DNA of 64,000 nucleotides from an uncultured Candidatus Saccharibacteria bacterium (GTDB lineage Bacteria; Patescibacteriota; SICC01): NCBI GenBank assembly GCA_964525455.1, contig CAZGHP010000001.1, positions 74,739 to 138,738 of the forward strand, read 5' to 3'. Shown piece by piece: positions 62,449 to 64,000 of this stretch (position 1 is its first letter; each line of letters starts with the position of its first letter). The notes under the pieces were generated by a model. It saw only the letters and a program-made list of their open reading frames with translations, ran no database searches and was not told where the DNA came from. The position numbers and the translations under genes were made by a program.

Positions 62449-64000
62449 ATGAAAGCAATCTATCTGGAACCGGATGAGGAGATCACCAGCGTCGTCGACC
62501 GCCTGCGGGAACTCGACGACGACGACGTGGCGATCATCGCGCCCAAGCGGGCGGCGTTGCTGCAGAGCATCGTGAACCTGAAGCTGCTGCGGTACCAGGC
62601 CGAGCAGCAAGGCAAGCGGATCAGTATCGTGACCAGCGACAAGACCGGGCGCAACCTCGCCTCGGCGGTCGGACTGACGGTCCACCAGAAGCTGCCGGAG
62701 GGCGGCCAGGCCGTGAAGGAGTCGGCGGTCAAGGAAACCGGCGAGCCGGTGCGGATTGGATTCAAGAAACAGCCGCCCGAACAACCGCAGAAGCCGTCGG
62801 ATGAAGCGGGAGCGGGAGCGGACATCAACTACAAGAAAGGGAAGAGTCCCGAGCTGGTGAGACGCGAGGTGGCGGAGGTTCCGGAACCGGAAACGGCCGA
62901 CGTGGCCGAAGCGGCCCCCGAACCCGTGACGATCCCGGTGACCCGGAACGGCGCCGAGGATTCCGCCACGACGCCCGGCAGGTCCTTACCGAGACTGCCT
63001 AGATTCTCTTGGCCCGGGTTGCGGCTGCCGAGGCTCGGCGGCCTGGCGAAAGGGACGAAACGATGGCGGATGGTCGCGGTTGTCGCGGCTCTCGCGGTCC
63101 TGCTGACCGGCGGTACCGCGGCCGCGGTCATGCTTCCGGCCGCGACCGTGACGATCATCCCGAAGACCGAACCGTTCCAGGTGGAGATCCCGGTCACGTT
63201 CTCGGCCACCGCTCCGGAGGTCGAGGGGAAAGACAACGTGGTCCCGGCCAAGACGATCGAAGTACGGCAGGAAGGCTCGATTGATGCCCGCGCCACCGGC
63301 CGCTCAGTCGGCGGCGAACCGGCTCGCGGGCAGATCACGGTAGTGAACGAGCTGAACCGGAACCAGCCGCTGGTGGTCCGCACGCGGTTCCAAGCGCCGG
63401 ACGGACGGATTTTCCGGGCCCAGTCCGGCATCGTCGTACCGGCGGGCGGCAGTACGACCGTACAGGTGCTCGCCGACGAAGGCGGTGCCGACGGCAACCT
63501 TCCGGCGGACACCCGGCTCTCGATTCCAGGCCTCCAGAGTACGACCGCGGTATACGGCACGATCGACCGGCCGTTAGGGGGCGGAACCGATGCCGACAGC
63601 ACGACCATTTCCCAGGAAGACATCGACCGGGCGCGGACGCGGCTCGGCCGGCAACTGGCGAGTGAAGGCCTGGAAGCAGCCAAACGCGAACTGACTGCCG
63701 GCTTTACGGTTGATCCGGAAATCGCCGCGGTCGACATCGTGTCCAGCGAGTCGGATCCGGACGCCGGATCCTCGGCGCCGCGGTTCACGGTCAGCGGCCA
63801 GGCGCGCATCACCTATTTCTCCTACGAACCGGATACGCTCCGCGAACTCATCGAAGCCGACCTGGCCGCGAAAGTGCCCGGCGGGTCAGACCTGGTGGAC
63901 CAGCGCTCCGAGACGTTCCGGGTACGGGAAACCTCCGCGGCCCAGCTCGGTACCGTGCTGCGTGTAGATACGTTCACGGCCTCAGGCATTTCCGAGTCCC
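62449..64000 (+). CDS. large bitopic membrane protein, 3' end runs off window
   Basis: ATG 62449, frame stop-free to window end (not in ORF track because unterminated); about 200-aa cytoplasmic N-domain, TM WRMVAVVAALAVLLTGGTAAAVM, extracytoplasmic domain. Confidence 0.55.
   Translation, partial: MKAIYLEPDEEITSVVDRLRELDDDDVAIIAPKRAALLQSIVNLKLLRYQAEQQGKRISIVTSDKTGRNLASAVGLTVHQKLPEGGQAVKESAVKETGEPVRIGFKKQPPEQPQKPSDEAGAGADINYKKGKSPELVRREVAEVPEPETADVAEAAPEPVTIPVTRNGAEDSATTPGRSLPRLPRFSWPGLRLPRLGGLAKGTKRWRMVAVVAALAVLLTGGTAAAVMLPAATVTIIPKTEPFQVEIPVTFSATAPEVEGKDNVVPAKTIEVRQEGSIDARATGRSVGGEPARGQITVVNELNRNQPLVVRTRFQAPDGRIFRAQSGIVVPAGGSTTVQVLADEGGADGNLPADTRLSIPGLQSTTAVYGTIDRPLGGGTDADSTTISQEDIDRARTRLGRQLASEGLEAAKRELTAGFTVDPEIAAVDIVSSESDPDAGSSAPRFTVSGQARITYFSYEPDTLRELIEADLAAKVPGGSDLVDQRSETFRVRETSAAQLGTVLRVDTFTASGISES

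Noticed and set aside
62829-63812. 327-aa minus-strand ORF
   Set aside because: Antisense to the unterminated plus-strand membrane-protein ORF that follows ftsA with 4-nt spacing
1-64000. CRISPR arrays, rRNA genes, integrase/transposase genes
   Set aside because: No regularly spaced direct repeats, no rRNA-like conserved blocks, and no tyrosine/serine recombinase or DDE transposase motifs were found in any frame; the island repeats are irregular and not CRISPR-like

Overview
This 64 kb window is a high-GC (about 65%) bacterial chromosome segment with compact, mostly plus-strand housekeeping genes and several low-GC (about 40-50%) insertions.

Recognisable core genes include ddl with an adjacent VanX-like M15 dipeptidase and an upstream VanY-like M15 peptidase, ftsE-ftsX followed by a PcsB-like coiled-coil CHAP hydrolase, xfp-ackA (phosphoketolase pathway), cmk, purE-purC, dinB, rplI, pyrG, rpmA, tsaC, glyA, pcrA, rsmA, glmS, rsmI, metG, tatD, pyrD, mnmA, alaS, ftsA, and ABC and MFS transporters. 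Seven dispersed tRNA genes are present: Gly-TCC, Arg-TCT, His-GTG, Arg-TCG, Lys-CTT, Gln-CTG and Glu-TTC. No rRNA genes or CRISPR arrays were seen.

The most unusual part is an approximately 8.5 kb low-GC island immediately 3' of tRNA-Gln (about 12.06-20.6 kb). It contains three elements:
- A translationally coupled three-gene operon: an SF2-helicase-like (DEAD, TAT motifs) 618-aa NTPase with a large C-terminal domain (Z1-domain-like putative restriction component), a 144-aa unknown protein, and an SPPY-motif DNA methyltransferase with an unusual motif order. This looks like a candidate restriction-modification or defence system.
- A heliorhodopsin gene.
- A copper module (DUF305 protein and CopA P1B-ATPase).

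The heliorhodopsin and copper modules, and a lipoprotein gene after the RM-like operon, are separated by members of a dispersed 40-110 bp repeat family, which gives the island a cassette-like organisation.

Other points worth a second look are leaderless-type promoters (TAnnnT -10 box 6-9 nt before start codons), several perfect palindromes next to regulator and SOS-type genes, three secreted coiled-coil cysteine-peptidase (CHAP or C39-like) proteins, and a short AlaRS with AT-rich mosaic patches.

Taxon cannot be fixed from sequence alone. A high-GC monoderm lineage (Actinobacteria-like or CPR-like) is plausible.
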